Shown: positions 10,249-19,982 of the stretch, piece after piece | Position numbering within the stretch: position 1 is the stretch's first letter | How the letters are laid out: each line of letters starts with the position of its first letter | Origin: a virus | IMG/VR virus record: IMGVR_UViG_3300020198_000006 | Location: 30,152-94,151 of that record | DNA length: 64,000 nt | Reading direction: 5' to 3' (one strand) | Translations under genes and position numbers: made by a program | Notes under the pieces: model-generated | The model's input: only the letters and a program-made list of their open reading frames with translations | Database searches by the model: none | Told to the model about the DNA's origin: nothing

Positions 10249-10982
10249 TCCAAGTTCTTATTTAATTCAATAAGTCTATAGTAATTAAACTTACTAATTT
10301 CTGATTCGGTAATATCCTTCTTAACCTCTGTTAACTTTGTCAGCAAAAAAGAATCAGAATTCTCCTTTAAAATCTTTTCAATTTTCTGAGACATACTTTC
10401 TCTCAATGAATTCATCTCCGTATTTAATTCTTCGGGTTTCATTGAAACGATTTTCTTAAAGGTTTCCTTTTGTCCATCATTCATAAAATCAGTAAACTTC
10501 GTATTAAAGTTGTTTACCAATACCGCAGTAAGTAATGATTGATTATTGGTATAAGATGCTGATTCCGAAACATTAGATGATTTTGGTGAAGTAAGATGTG
10601 ATATGAGTCTTTGTTTGGCGTTTACCTTTCTTTCAACATTTAACAATGATGTTTGTTCAGATAAAACATCTAAACAATCATAAACTTCATTTTTTAAAGG
10701 AGTTACACTTTTTAAAATGTTGCTAAGATTAGATACCCCCTCATCCAATAGTTTTGATTTTTCTACTAAAAGGGTTTCTATTTGTTCAACAAACAATCTA
10801 GCGGTATCCACATTTGGAATGTGTTTATTTTCGACATCTCCATAAAACAAATACATTTCAATCAAATTTTTATTTGATTTGATTTGTTTTAATAAATCTT
10901 TTACATCTGATTTTTTATCAGAAGCGAAAGACTCGGTTAATTTAACCAACAATTTTGTTTTTACATTACCAAAATTTGACAT
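10245..10982 (-). CDS. Conserved head-module protein downstream of portal
   Basis: 245 aa helical protein coupled to portal. Confidence 0.55.
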   Translation of the reverse strand: MSNFGNVKTKLLVKLTESFASDKKSDVKDLLKQIKSNKNLIEMYLFYGDVENKHIPNVDTARLFVEQIETLLVEKSKLLDEGVSNLSNILKSVTPLKNEVYDCLDVLSEQTSLLNVERKVNAKQRLISHLTSPKSSNVSESASYTNNQSLLTAVLVNNFNTKFTDFMNDGQKETFKKIVSMKPEELNTEMNSLRESMSQKIEKILKENSDSFLLTKLTEVKKDITESEISKFNYYRLIELNKNLD

Positions 10983-10983
10983 C

Positions 10984-12780
10984 TTATTTTTCGTTTAATA
11001 TATTTTTTAATTTATTTTCTATCTCATAAATATTCTGTTGGGCCTTATTAATATCAAAAAGGTCATTAATATTGTCACCCTCACCTAACATTCCCAAAAT
11101 ATTACGTTTTTTAGTTGATTCACTTAATGGTGCTGCCGGTCCTGCTCCCGCCAGTGGTGGAGGTTCACCCATATTACCACCCGGAGTGGCTACTTCACCA
11201 GCGGCCCCAGCCTCCTGTCTTTCTTCTTCAGGTACACCATACTTTGCATCCACATCGTCAAATACACCTGAACGTTTAATAACGATTTGTGTATTTTGTA
11301 ATTCCATACCCACGGCTCTTTCAAGTCTTTGTTGTTGTAAATCCAACAACACCTCACTATCACTCATTCCAAGAATATTTTTCTTAGCCCATGTATGTGA
11401 TACTGGTAAGATACCAACTTGAGATTGGTCAGACGTGGCATTTTTATAAAGTTCAATCTTTTCTTTCCATTGTTCAATCCTTAATAAATCAGATTGTGCT
11501 GATGGATTTGTTAATGAAAGAGTGAAGTTATTTAATTCATCTTCCATTCCAAGAAGATATAAGTGAACAAGAGCAATCTTATTCAATTCTTGAATTAAAG
11601 ATTTTTGAATTCTATTGATTGTTCTTGCGAAACGAATATCCATTAACGCAAGTTGTTTACCGTCACCAACAACTTCTTCAAATCCTAAGAATGCCTTTGG
11701 AATTCTAAGAGCGGCTAATAATTTCTTTTGAATATATTCAATATCCGCAATCTCTCCTAGGTTTTGTGCTCCCGCTAAAGTTTCAATCGGGTTAGTTTGT
11801 GATGGGTCACGAATTGGAATAAAATAATCTTGGTCAACCGCCATTTGATTATATCTCATATCAACCTGACCATTTCTTGGGTCAACTACTTGGTCTCTTT
11901 TGAATTTATTAGCAACACGTTGAACATATTGTTCAATGTCCTTATCATCCATGTTACCAACAAATACTTTAAATACGCGTCTTTCGGGTGCTCTCGTTGT
12001 TCTATAAATCAACATCGCGTCTTCTGCAAGAAGTAATTGTTTCCAAATTCTTCTAATCTTGTCCAACATGGATGTACCATATGGAAGTTTTCTATCATCA
12101 CCAAGTAATCTAAAATGTGCGATTTCCCAAGCTTGAAATTCCAATTCTTTATTTTTCCATTGGAATCTTAATTCTCTTGTTGGTGCTTTAATGTCTCTTT
12201 GATGTGGTGTCTTTGATTCCCTACCCTCTATTCTCTCTATTTCAATATTTGGTAATTGTTGGCAACCAATGATACCCTTTTCGGGGTCAATTTTTAAATA
12301 AACAAAATCATCACCATACTTACAAACGCCTCTAGCCCACATCTGTAGGTTTGTGTTTAAATCTAAACGATTGATAAATAAGTCTTCTAAAATTTGTTTG
12401 ATACGACTTGACTCCGAGAATATTGTTAGAATATCGCCCTTCTCAGAAAGTGTCGTAGACTCTTCAGCATAGATATCAAGTGATGCTGAAATTTCAGGAG
12501 TAAACTCCATGGATTCGTAGTCATAATATGCCGCTAATCTATTTGGTTCATAATAGACGGATTGGTTATAAAGAGATTGTTCGAGTTTTGTCCATTTATC
12601 TGCAATGTATTGACTCTGTTGAGCTTGTAACATTGCTTTCTCATACTCTTCTCTACTATTGGTTTTTATTATCTCATCCCTCGAAAAATTAAATGACGGG
12701 GTCTCTTCAGGTCTTTGATTACCCGCAAACCCAAACATTTTGGTTAATCTTTGGAATACTGTTAAATTATTATCCGCCAT
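10984..12780 (-). CDS. gp20: Portal protein (T4 gp20-like)
   Basis: 'LLAEDAMLIYRTTRAPERRVFKVFVGNM', 'DYFIPIR', 'IETLAG', 'ALRIPKAFL'. Confidence 0.96.
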   Translation of the reverse strand: MADNNLTVFQRLTKMFGFAGNQRPEETPSFNFSRDEIIKTNSREEYEKAMLQAQQSQYIADKWTKLEQSLYNQSVYYEPNRLAAYYDYESMEFTPEISASLDIYAEESTTLSEKGDILTIFSESSRIKQILEDLFINRLDLNTNLQMWARGVCKYGDDFVYLKIDPEKGIIGCQQLPNIEIERIEGRESKTPHQRDIKAPTRELRFQWKNKELEFQAWEIAHFRLLGDDRKLPYGTSMLDKIRRIWKQLLLAEDAMLIYRTTRAPERRVFKVFVGNMDDKDIEQYVQRVANKFKRDQVVDPRNGQVDMRYNQMAVDQDYFIPIRDPSQTNPIETLAGAQNLGEIADIEYIQKKLLAALRIPKAFLGFEEVVGDGKQLALMDIRFARTINRIQKSLIQELNKIALVHLYLLGMEDELNNFTLSLTNPSAQSDLLRIEQWKEKIELYKNATSDQSQVGILPVSHTWAKKNILGMSDSEVLLDLQQQRLERAVGMELQNTQIVIKRSGVFDDVDAKYGVPEEERQEAGAAGEVATPGGNMGEPPPLAGAGPAAPLSESTKKRNILGMLGEGDNINDLFDINKAQQNIYEIENKLKNILNEK

Positions 12781-12842
12781 TTATATAAATAGTTTTCTTT
12801 AAAAGATAATTAATTTCTTCAGTATAATAAAGTTGTGTGGCG

Positions 12843-14618
12843 TTATTTTTTTTTAGAGAAAAGCCAAGAATATTCCTTGTATTGGTCCTTACCTGGTACC
12901 CCAAAAGTTGTATTTACAATTTGTTTTCCGTCAGTTTGCATTGCACCAATTTGGTCAAATGCAGTTCCATATGAATAAAAAGATTTCTTTGTTTCATATG
13001 TTCTTTCAGATAAAGTCCAAGATTCCATCATTGCTTTGTTTTTGGAATTATTTCTCTGTAACTGATTAAAACTTATGTCTCCAGCATATAACGCCATTGA
13101 CAAACTCATAATGGCATCGTCATGATGACCCTTCATATGGTCGGGTCTTCCATTTAAGTAAACAAACGTACTTAATTCATTTAATAAACGACTTGACCTA
13201 ACACCAAATCCCTTTCTCAATTGTTCTTCAAATGCCGCGACAATTTGAGTTCTTTTGTTGTTAAAATTGATACCGGGAATTTTTTCCATTGCTTTTTTAT
13301 TATAATCCCAAATGTTCTTGGTATTCATCCCATCAATAAACAAGTTTTTGTAATTCATTTCTTGTAGTTTTCTTGATGTAGCAATACCCATTCCACCAGT
13401 AATATCAATCACAATGAACGCGTCATAAAGAATACCCCATTTGTAACATACTCCCGCCAAATCGTCTGGCGGCATTTTACCAATATATTCTGCAACTTGT
13501 TCTCTTTCATCAAAATCAATAATGCTTATCGAGGAAAAATCTTCACTATCTCCGCGACTAACATCCACACCCATAATATATCTGTTACCTTGTACAGGTT
13601 CTTTCCATTGCCAAAAAGTACCATTAATGTATTTTTCTTTAGGTACTCTAATTAAATTTTTTGCTATATGTTCTTGCATCTCACCCGGTATAACCCCATC
13701 ACCTGAACCTAAAAAGTCACACTCTAATTCCTGTGCAATTTTTCTCCTATCGTACTTAAACTTTTTCGCCATTGATTCAAACCATGATGAAAATGGTTTA
13801 TAACCCTGTTCTTCATACCCTTGATATTTTTCTATATCAAATTCATATAAAACTACTTCATTATCGTCGTATTGCTCTCTATTCAACATATAATGAACAA
13901 TGTCATTACACTTAACCCATCTTAAATCTTTTGTATATCGAGGGTCTTTAAACCAACGTAAATTTGAAATATGAAAATCATTTATTTTACGAATTGCTTG
14001 GTCGTATACACCATAATAAATTGGGTCATATCCGTTTGGGGTTGAGATAAGAATAATCTTACCTCCTGTAGACAGGGACGCCATAGACGCCGCCCAAAAG
14101 TCATCTCCCGCTTCGATATATGCTGCCTCGTCAAAAATAAGAATTGTGGGAGTATAACCACGTAGAGCATCCGCGGATGTTGCAACCGCTTTTACTTCAC
14201 AACCATTATTTAATCTAAATCTACTTTCAGAGTTTTTATCGGGAGAAAACCCGACATTAATCCACTCTGGCCATTGGCCTAAGAAATAACGAATTTTATT
14301 TGCCATTTCTATCGCCGTATCACGTTTGTTTGCAATTACAAGTACCCTTTCGGGATTATCAGTATTTGCCAATTGTATTCTTCTTGAAATCCATGCCGCG
14401 GTTACCGTAGACACCCCCGCCTGTCTATACTTTCTTGTTATGTTATCATTATATTCTTCATAATCTTTAAGTAACTGAATTTGGTCTGGAAATAAATCCA
14501 ATGGAACAAACTTTTTTTGCGTATTATCATAAGTTGTTAAGTATGTTTTTAATGCATACACAACATCTTTTTTAATACGAGCAAATTCTTTTAATTGTAA
14601 TAGTTTTTGATTGTCCAT
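12843..14618 (-). CDS. gp17: Terminase large subunit (T4 gp17-like)
   Basis: 'KYRQAGVST' Walker A, 'LIFDEAA' Walker B, 'ISTPNG', nuclease 'GVDVSRG..D', 'HDDAIM'. Confidence 0.97.
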   Translation of the reverse strand: MDNQKLLQLKEFARIKKDVVYALKTYLTTYDNTQKKFVPLDLFPDQIQLLKDYEEYNDNITRKYRQAGVSTVTAAWISRRIQLANTDNPERVLVIANKRDTAIEMANKIRYFLGQWPEWINVGFSPDKNSESRFRLNNGCEVKAVATSADALRGYTPTILIFDEAAYIEAGDDFWAASMASLSTGGKIILISTPNGYDPIYYGVYDQAIRKINDFHISNLRWFKDPRYTKDLRWVKCNDIVHYMLNREQYDDNEVVLYEFDIEKYQGYEEQGYKPFSSWFESMAKKFKYDRRKIAQELECDFLGSGDGVIPGEMQEHIAKNLIRVPKEKYINGTFWQWKEPVQGNRYIMGVDVSRGDSEDFSSISIIDFDEREQVAEYIGKMPPDDLAGVCYKWGILYDAFIVIDITGGMGIATSRKLQEMNYKNLFIDGMNTKNIWDYNKKAMEKIPGINFNNKRTQIVAAFEEQLRKGFGVRSSRLLNELSTFVYLNGRPDHMKGHHDDAIMSLSMALYAGDISFNQLQRNNSKNKAMMESWTLSERTYETKKSFYSYGTAFDQIGAMQTDGKQIVNTTFGVPGKDQYKEYSWLFSKKK

Positions 14619-14632
14619 ATATATAAATATGA

Positions 14633-14659
14633 AAAAAGGGTGATTTTACCACCCTTTTC
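14633..14659 (-). terminator. Intrinsic terminator hairpin
   Basis: aaaagggtg-attttac-caccctttt. Confidence 0.6.
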
Positions 14660-14674
14660 TTATTATCTCCATTA

Positions 14675-16015
14675 TTAACTGCTAGGGTCGTCATCAGATA
14701 AGCTTATTCCAAGACCTCCTAAGAAGTCCCCAAGGTCATTATCGTCAGTATTATCTGTAATGTTATCTAAATCTTCATTAAATCTGGCGACAGCATCTTG
14801 ATAGTTTTGGTCTTTGAACATTTGGTCAATACCTTGCATCAATTCACCCATCAAATGTTTACCCTTCTCAGAACCCGAAACAACTTCTTTCATGAATACT
14901 AAAAAATGTTTTGCGGGAAGTTTAAAAATTTCAACCAACAAATAGTTTTGTAACTCTACTTTATTTTCATTAGTTAAAATATCTTCAGGGAATTGTCTTC
15001 TAATTCTATCCCAAATTGCGGGACCTAAACGTAAATCCCACATCTCTTTTTCAATAGTATCTTCAGAACCTTCAATTTCTGACCACGCTTCCGCGTCTTC
15101 ATTACCCTCTTCGTCAGTAGGTTTTCCTTGAATTGCAAATAATTCCATAATACCTTTAATCAATTCATGAACAAGTATTGGAAAATTAATACCTCTAGCA
15201 ACGATTGTCGGAGGATTGGTATTTCTTTTTACTTCTTCCTTTCCACCAACTGAACCACCACCTTCAGGTCCTCCCATCATCATTCTCATTGTCTCATCAC
15301 TTAACTGCCAATATAGAGTGTCATTAATTGACATCAAAATACCATATTGGGCAATTATATTATCTGAACCTGTAATTTCTCTGATTCTATCTGCTGCGTA
15401 GTGATACATGTAGTGACCTTTCTTAGAAGCACCCTGTATCATATTATTTATAAGTCTTCTTTTCGCCTTTTCCATGGTCATTGACTCTAAATCTGTCATC
15501 AAATCTTGTTCAATATCGACAGGGTCAAGGTTTTGTTGTTGTTGTATTTCTCGATTGAAGTTTTGAGTATCAATTTCACCCATACCAACAATCTTAGCAT
15601 CGAATTGTAATGACCCTTCAGGTATCCCCATTTCTTTCATCACTAATTCAACCGCGAGTCTTTCTAATTCTTCTCTATGTGCAGACTCAGTTTGAACAAT
15701 TTCATTATGGGCCGTCATCATCATTTGAGCCAACGGCATGATACCTTGTTCACCTTGCATAGGAGTATTAACACCAGTATATTCTCTAACTTTCGATACT
15801 ACTTGTCTGTATCTTTCAGAAGCAAGTAATTCTTGGAAATTATTATTAGGTTCCTCTCCTGTTGATGGTAAAGGAATTTTTTTTAATGGCGTATCTCCTC
15901 GTGATAATTTATCTTGTAAACCCTGATATGGTCTATCAGGTGTATCAAAGCCCATCGCCATTTCGTCTATGTTTTCCCTTAATATAGACAATAAATTCTT
16001 TTTAGAAAACTCCAT
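14675..16015 (-). CDS. Conserved phage late protein of unknown function
   Basis: 446 aa, 'FPILVHELIKG', N-terminal 'LLSILRE' leader. Confidence 0.55.
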   Translation of the reverse strand: MEFSKKNLLSILRENIDEMAMGFDTPDRPYQGLQDKLSRGDTPLKKIPLPSTGEEPNNNFQELLASERYRQVVSKVREYTGVNTPMQGEQGIMPLAQMMMTAHNEIVQTESAHREELERLAVELVMKEMGIPEGSLQFDAKIVGMGEIDTQNFNREIQQQQNLDPVDIEQDLMTDLESMTMEKAKRRLINNMIQGASKKGHYMYHYAADRIREITGSDNIIAQYGILMSINDTLYWQLSDETMRMMMGGPEGGGSVGGKEEVKRNTNPPTIVARGINFPILVHELIKGIMELFAIQGKPTDEEGNEDAEAWSEIEGSEDTIEKEMWDLRLGPAIWDRIRRQFPEDILTNENKVELQNYLLVEIFKLPAKHFLVFMKEVVSGSEKGKHLMGELMQGIDQMFKDQNYQDAVARFNEDLDNITDNTDDNDLGDFLGGLGISLSDDDPSS

Positions 16016-16890
16016 TATTTTTTCTTTTTTTCTTCTCTCAACGCTTTTGGTTTAGGGTCCTTTCCGGGTCCTGGCTCATATGGAGTTTTTGGTTTACTTG
16101 GTTTTTCAGTTGGTGGTGCATCGGGAATTACTTCCGGCGGCGCCGGTTTAGTTTCAGGTCGATTACCCACAATTGAATCATACGTCATGAATTCAGGAAC
16201 ACCGTTGTGACCTTTTCTCGCCTTAGTCATTGGCATTGGTGATGCGGTCTCTGTAATTTTTTCTGTAATTATCGATAAAATATCAGACTTAGAAGTAAAT
16301 TGTGAGAATTTTGATTCTGTTAAACCCATAACCCACTCATTCATACTTCTTTTTTTAGCATTAGAAGTCTCAATCATTTTTTTTATACATGCTTTAACCT
16401 CTTCATCTGTTACCTTTCTTCCTAATTTTTTTTCCATCTCAGTTTTAAACCATGACATAGACATCTTCTTAGAATCTTCTTCATCAAGCTCGTAACTCTT
16501 TTTACCTCTAGCACTATATTTTGATTCTTCCTTTTTTTTGTCTCTGATTGTCTTTTCACTAAATCTACCATCATACGCCCCTTGCTTAATCATATTATCT
16601 CTCTTCGCGCCTCGCCTAATTGAATCGAGTTTTGATGCAATCTCATCCTTGTTAGGTATTTTGGTTTCATCCTCTTTCATTTCTTCCTCGTATGTAACGA
16701 TTGTTTGATTTGATTTTTTAGCCTTATCGACTTTCTGTGCAAGTTGTGGGTCTTTTTTAGATATCATCACATCTTCTTCAGATAGTACCGTTTTAGCTAA
16801 AGTGGTGAGTTGTCCATCACTCAAACGAGACAAGGTTTTTTCAGAAAAACCTTCAAATAACAACTTTTCAATTATGTCTTTACGTTTCAT
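16015..16890 (-). CDS. Hypothetical head-associated protein with Pro-rich C-terminus
   Basis: 291 aa, several L/I-x-E motifs. Confidence 0.5.
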   Translation of the reverse strand: MKRKDIIEKLLFEGFSEKTLSRLSDGQLTTLAKTVLSEEDVMISKKDPQLAQKVDKAKKSNQTIVTYEEEMKEDETKIPNKDEIASKLDSIRRGAKRDNMIKQGAYDGRFSEKTIRDKKKEESKYSARGKKSYELDEEDSKKMSMSWFKTEMEKKLGRKVTDEEVKACIKKMIETSNAKKRSMNEWVMGLTESKFSQFTSKSDILSIITEKITETASPMPMTKARKGHNGVPEFMTYDSIVGNRPETKPAPPEVIPDAPPTEKPSKPKTPYEPGPGKDPKPKALREEKKKK

Positions 16891-17288
16891 ATCTCTTTAA
16901 ATTTTAGTTCTTGTTTTTCTAATAAATACCCTCTCGATTTTAATTTTTTTGTTACCGATTCGATACTTTCACCAAAACGAAAAAACAATCTTTCAAACTC
17001 TAAATCGAAATTAGATTTTTCCCAAGCCATGGCGATTATACCATCCACAGCATCAATAACACCGAAGTAGTCTGAATTTTGAATTAATTCTAAAACCAAA
17101 TCGGTGTCTTTGAGTAATCCAACCAAGTCTATGTATTCAACCCTTGGGGATTTTAATGTCATTGTAGAAGATGCGGGAACGTCAAACCACTCCTCTATGT
17201 CAATCTCAGTCCTTTCGCTGAATATGAATTCGTACTGTTTTTGACCTTTATAATCTGAGCCGATTTCATTGACATAGATTAGACGCAT
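16887..17288 (-). CDS. Hypothetical protein
   Basis: 133-aa ORF within the late operon. Confidence 0.55.
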   Translation of the reverse strand: MRLIYVNEIGSDYKGQKQYEFIFSERTEIDIEEWFDVPASSTMTLKSPRVEYIDLVGLLKDTDLVLELIQNSDYFGVIDAVDGIIAMAWEKSNFDLEFERLFFRFGESIESVTKKLKSRGYLLEKQELKFKEI

Positions 17289-17289
17289 T

Positions 17290-18288
17290 TTACTTAAAGT
17301 ATTTTCCTAAAGTCTCTTCAATACTTTTGTTAATATCTCTTTTAATTTCATCTAAATCAAGTTCCACCACATCTGTTTCGTTCATACCGATATCAGCAAA
17401 CTTTCTTAGGTCGATTTCTTCATCTTGAACCGCGGGCATATTAACAAAACTCTCTAATTTATCCATTGTTTCGCCCAATTCAGATTCTCCGCTTTCAGGT
17501 TCTTCTTTCGCGGGCATTTCTGGTTCCTCCGCTGGTATTTCTGGTTCTTCACCACCTTCCTCAGATTCTTCTCTTTCAAACTTCTTAGCAATTTCCTCGA
17601 TATCATCGTCCTCAAGTTTCTCTAAGTTTACTGCCGAAATAACCATATTAAGAACGTACTTGATATCATCACTTTCCATCTTCTCTTTTTGGTCTCTTAA
17701 TTCTTGACCAAGTTTACCAGCAAATTTTTGAATTTCCGCCATGTAATCAGATGGTTTACCTTCTGCACTCATTTCGTCTGACGGCATTTCACCTTCCGGT
17801 GCGGCGGGTTCCATTCCCGCATCTTCAGCTGGTGGAGGTGGAATTTCTCCCCCTTCTGGTGAAGGTGGTGGAGGTGGAATTTCTCCCCCTTCTGGTGCTG
17901 GTGGGACTTCCATAGTAGGTTCCGCAGGAGGAGCCTCTTTTTGGTCCTTATTTTGTTTTAAAACATATTTTGTAACTTCTTGTAATTCTTGACTTTTAAC
18001 TAATTCAAGTCTTTTTAATGCTTCGGAATATGACTTAAATTTATTTTTATTCTTCATGAATAGACCACCAATGTAGTCTAATGAACCTTCGTTTAAACCC
18101 TTTTTAACATAATAACCATCCTTTTCTTTAACAATACCATACACACCATTTGCAGACTCAGTTATGTGTTCCACTTTATTTGATTTGGTTACTTTAGGTT
18201 TATTACCGTAATAAGTCAATTCAAGAATTCTCTTTAACTTATCATCTCCGTGAAGTTTTTCACTTCCTAATGGTTTTAAATCTCCCAT
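17290..18288 (-). CDS. Acidic Pro-rich hypothetical (possible prohead core) protein
   Basis: 332 aa, duplicated PEGGEIPPPP, late motif upstream. Confidence 0.5.
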   Translation of the reverse strand: MGDLKPLGSEKLHGDDKLKRILELTYYGNKPKVTKSNKVEHITESANGVYGIVKEKDGYYVKKGLNEGSLDYIGGLFMKNKNKFKSYSEALKRLELVKSQELQEVTKYVLKQNKDQKEAPPAEPTMEVPPAPEGGEIPPPPPSPEGGEIPPPPAEDAGMEPAAPEGEMPSDEMSAEGKPSDYMAEIQKFAGKLGQELRDQKEKMESDDIKYVLNMVISAVNLEKLEDDDIEEIAKKFEREESEEGGEEPEIPAEEPEMPAKEEPESGESELGETMDKLESFVNMPAVQDEEIDLRKFADIGMNETDVVELDLDEIKRDINKSIEETLGKYFK

Positions 18289-18363
18289 GTTTTTAATTTA
18301 TTGATTGTATATTATTCTAGTATCCTATAAATATGTGCATATAAAGAAAAAAATTGGGGCTTA

Positions 18364-19149
18364 CTATTGTGGAAGGGACAATTTTTTATCTCTAACCATT
18401 GTTTTTATTGACATTAACTTCTTTATATAACCATTTCTCCTTAACAATTTAAATGTTAAATTCTCATATGAATATTCACCTCCTGATTCGAGACCACATT
18501 GTCTAAATTTCTTAATCTTGTCCTTTAATTCATCTACCTTCTCAGTTACGTCCTCTCCCGATTCACCCAATTCATTTAATAAGTCTATCTGTTTTGCGTA
18601 TTCCTCACCCTTTTCAAGTATTTTTTTCTCATCAATGTCTTCAGGGTTTTCTAATTTCTTAGGTTCTACCACCCATTCATTATTTAGAACGGAGTATACT
18701 CCCGTAGACGTATGTTTTTCATCAATATCTTGAACATAAAGTTCAACGTCGAAATTTTTTATTGTAATGCTGGTATTGGAGTTCCAAATATTTTTTTTAC
18801 TATTAAAAAATTCTTTAACTATTGTGTGATAGGATACCGAACTTGCTTTACCAGAGTCAAACTCATCTAAATCAATCAATATGTGTAAATCAACATCAGA
18901 ATAATTTGACCAATTAAAATTTGCCAATGAACCTGTTAATACAATATCATATACAAAAAAATCTATATCAACAAACTCTAAAAATTCATTACTTATTGCA
19001 AGTAATTTTTCCCTTATTTCTTCTTTTAGTATAAATGTGTCACCATCTTTATCAAAAATTACATCGGACAAAGAATCTTTTGACCTGAAAGATTTTACAA
19101 TCTCTTGGTCTTTTTCCATATCTTCTATTAGTTCTGATATTAAACTCAT
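18364..19149 (-). CDS. Pol-beta superfamily nucleotidyltransferase
   Basis: 'LTGSLANFNWSNYSDVDLHI' (GS..DxD) and 'VELYVQD'. Confidence 0.8.
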   Translation of the reverse strand: MSLISELIEDMEKDQEIVKSFRSKDSLSDVIFDKDGDTFILKEEIREKLLAISNEFLEFVDIDFFVYDIVLTGSLANFNWSNYSDVDLHILIDLDEFDSGKASSVSYHTIVKEFFNSKKNIWNSNTSITIKNFDVELYVQDIDEKHTSTGVYSVLNNEWVVEPKKLENPEDIDEKKILEKGEEYAKQIDLLNELGESGEDVTEKVDELKDKIKKFRQCGLESGGEYSYENLTFKLLRRNGYIKKLMSIKTMVRDKKLSLPQ

Positions 19150-19391
19150 TTTACTTTACGATACTTGTAATTTTTTGATATAGTACTATTAAAATATTTT
19201 CCTTGTGATTCTGCCATACGAAACCTTGTAAAGGTTTCCCATGGAACATCATCGTACTCATAAATAGAGCCGTTATTAAATTCCATTAACAACTTCTTAT
19301 CGTCAGTATTGTAAGTTGACGACTTTAAATTAGAAGAACTAATACTAACCTCAATTAGGTTACCCGTGATTTTTTCTGATGTTATACTCAT
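19146..19391 (-). CDS. KTSC domain protein
   Basis: 'SSSNLKSSTYN...LLMEFNNGSIYEYDDVP....F..AESQGKYFN'. Confidence 0.9.
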   Translation of the reverse strand: MSITSEKITGNLIEVSISSSNLKSSTYNTDDKKLLMEFNNGSIYEYDDVPWETFTRFRMAESQGKYFNSTISKNYKYRKVK

Positions 19392-19433
19392 TTTGATATT
19401 TTTAATATAATATACTTAATAAATATCAAAAAG

Positions 19434-19457
19434 AAAACCCCGAGAAATCGGGGTTTC
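19434..19457 (-). terminator. Intrinsic terminator after hsp20
   Basis: aaaaccccga-gaaa-tcggggttt. Confidence 0.75.
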
Positions 19458-19459
19458 TA

Positions 19460-19831
19460 CTAATTCAAAGAAATGAACCTTTCAAGAGATTTTTTCTTGG
19501 ATTTTGGAAGAATGATTTCTAATACACCATTTTCTACTTTACCTGTAATGTCCTTTTCAGAAACATCATCAGGTAGTGAATAAGTCTTTTTAAAAGAACT
19601 TACGAAAGAATAATTGACATTATCGTTTTCTTCCTTTTTATAGGAGATAGTTAGGATTCCCTCTTTAATTGAAATCGACAAATCTTCTTTTGTCAATCCC
19701 GGAACTGAGAGGTAAACCGCATACTCATTATCTCTTGTAAAGAGTTTCGATGAATTATCCCTTACAAAGGATGGTCTTTCAAAGAAAGTGTCTAACACGT
19801 CTTTGAATGGGTCTCTATAAAATGTAATCAT
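19460..19831 (-). CDS. Small heat-shock protein Hsp20
   Basis: 'VPGLTKEDLSI', 'SFKKTYSLPDDV...I.GKVENGVLEIILPK' alpha-crystallin domain. Confidence 0.93.
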   Translation of the reverse strand: MITFYRDPFKDVLDTFFERPSFVRDNSSKLFTRDNEYAVYLSVPGLTKEDLSISIKEGILTISYKKEENDNVNYSFVSSFKKTYSLPDDVSEKDITGKVENGVLEIILPKSKKKSLERFISLN

Positions 19832-19982
19832 AGTTTATTATATTTTTGTATACTTGTACTCAAATAACATTCCAACGAATAAAATTAGACAAAGTGTCAT
19901 GTGTTTTTAATTTTAATTGAAAATTTGTCTTTGATTTGTTTTTTAGACGGATTATTGTTATATTTTATTAAAATAAAACGAC

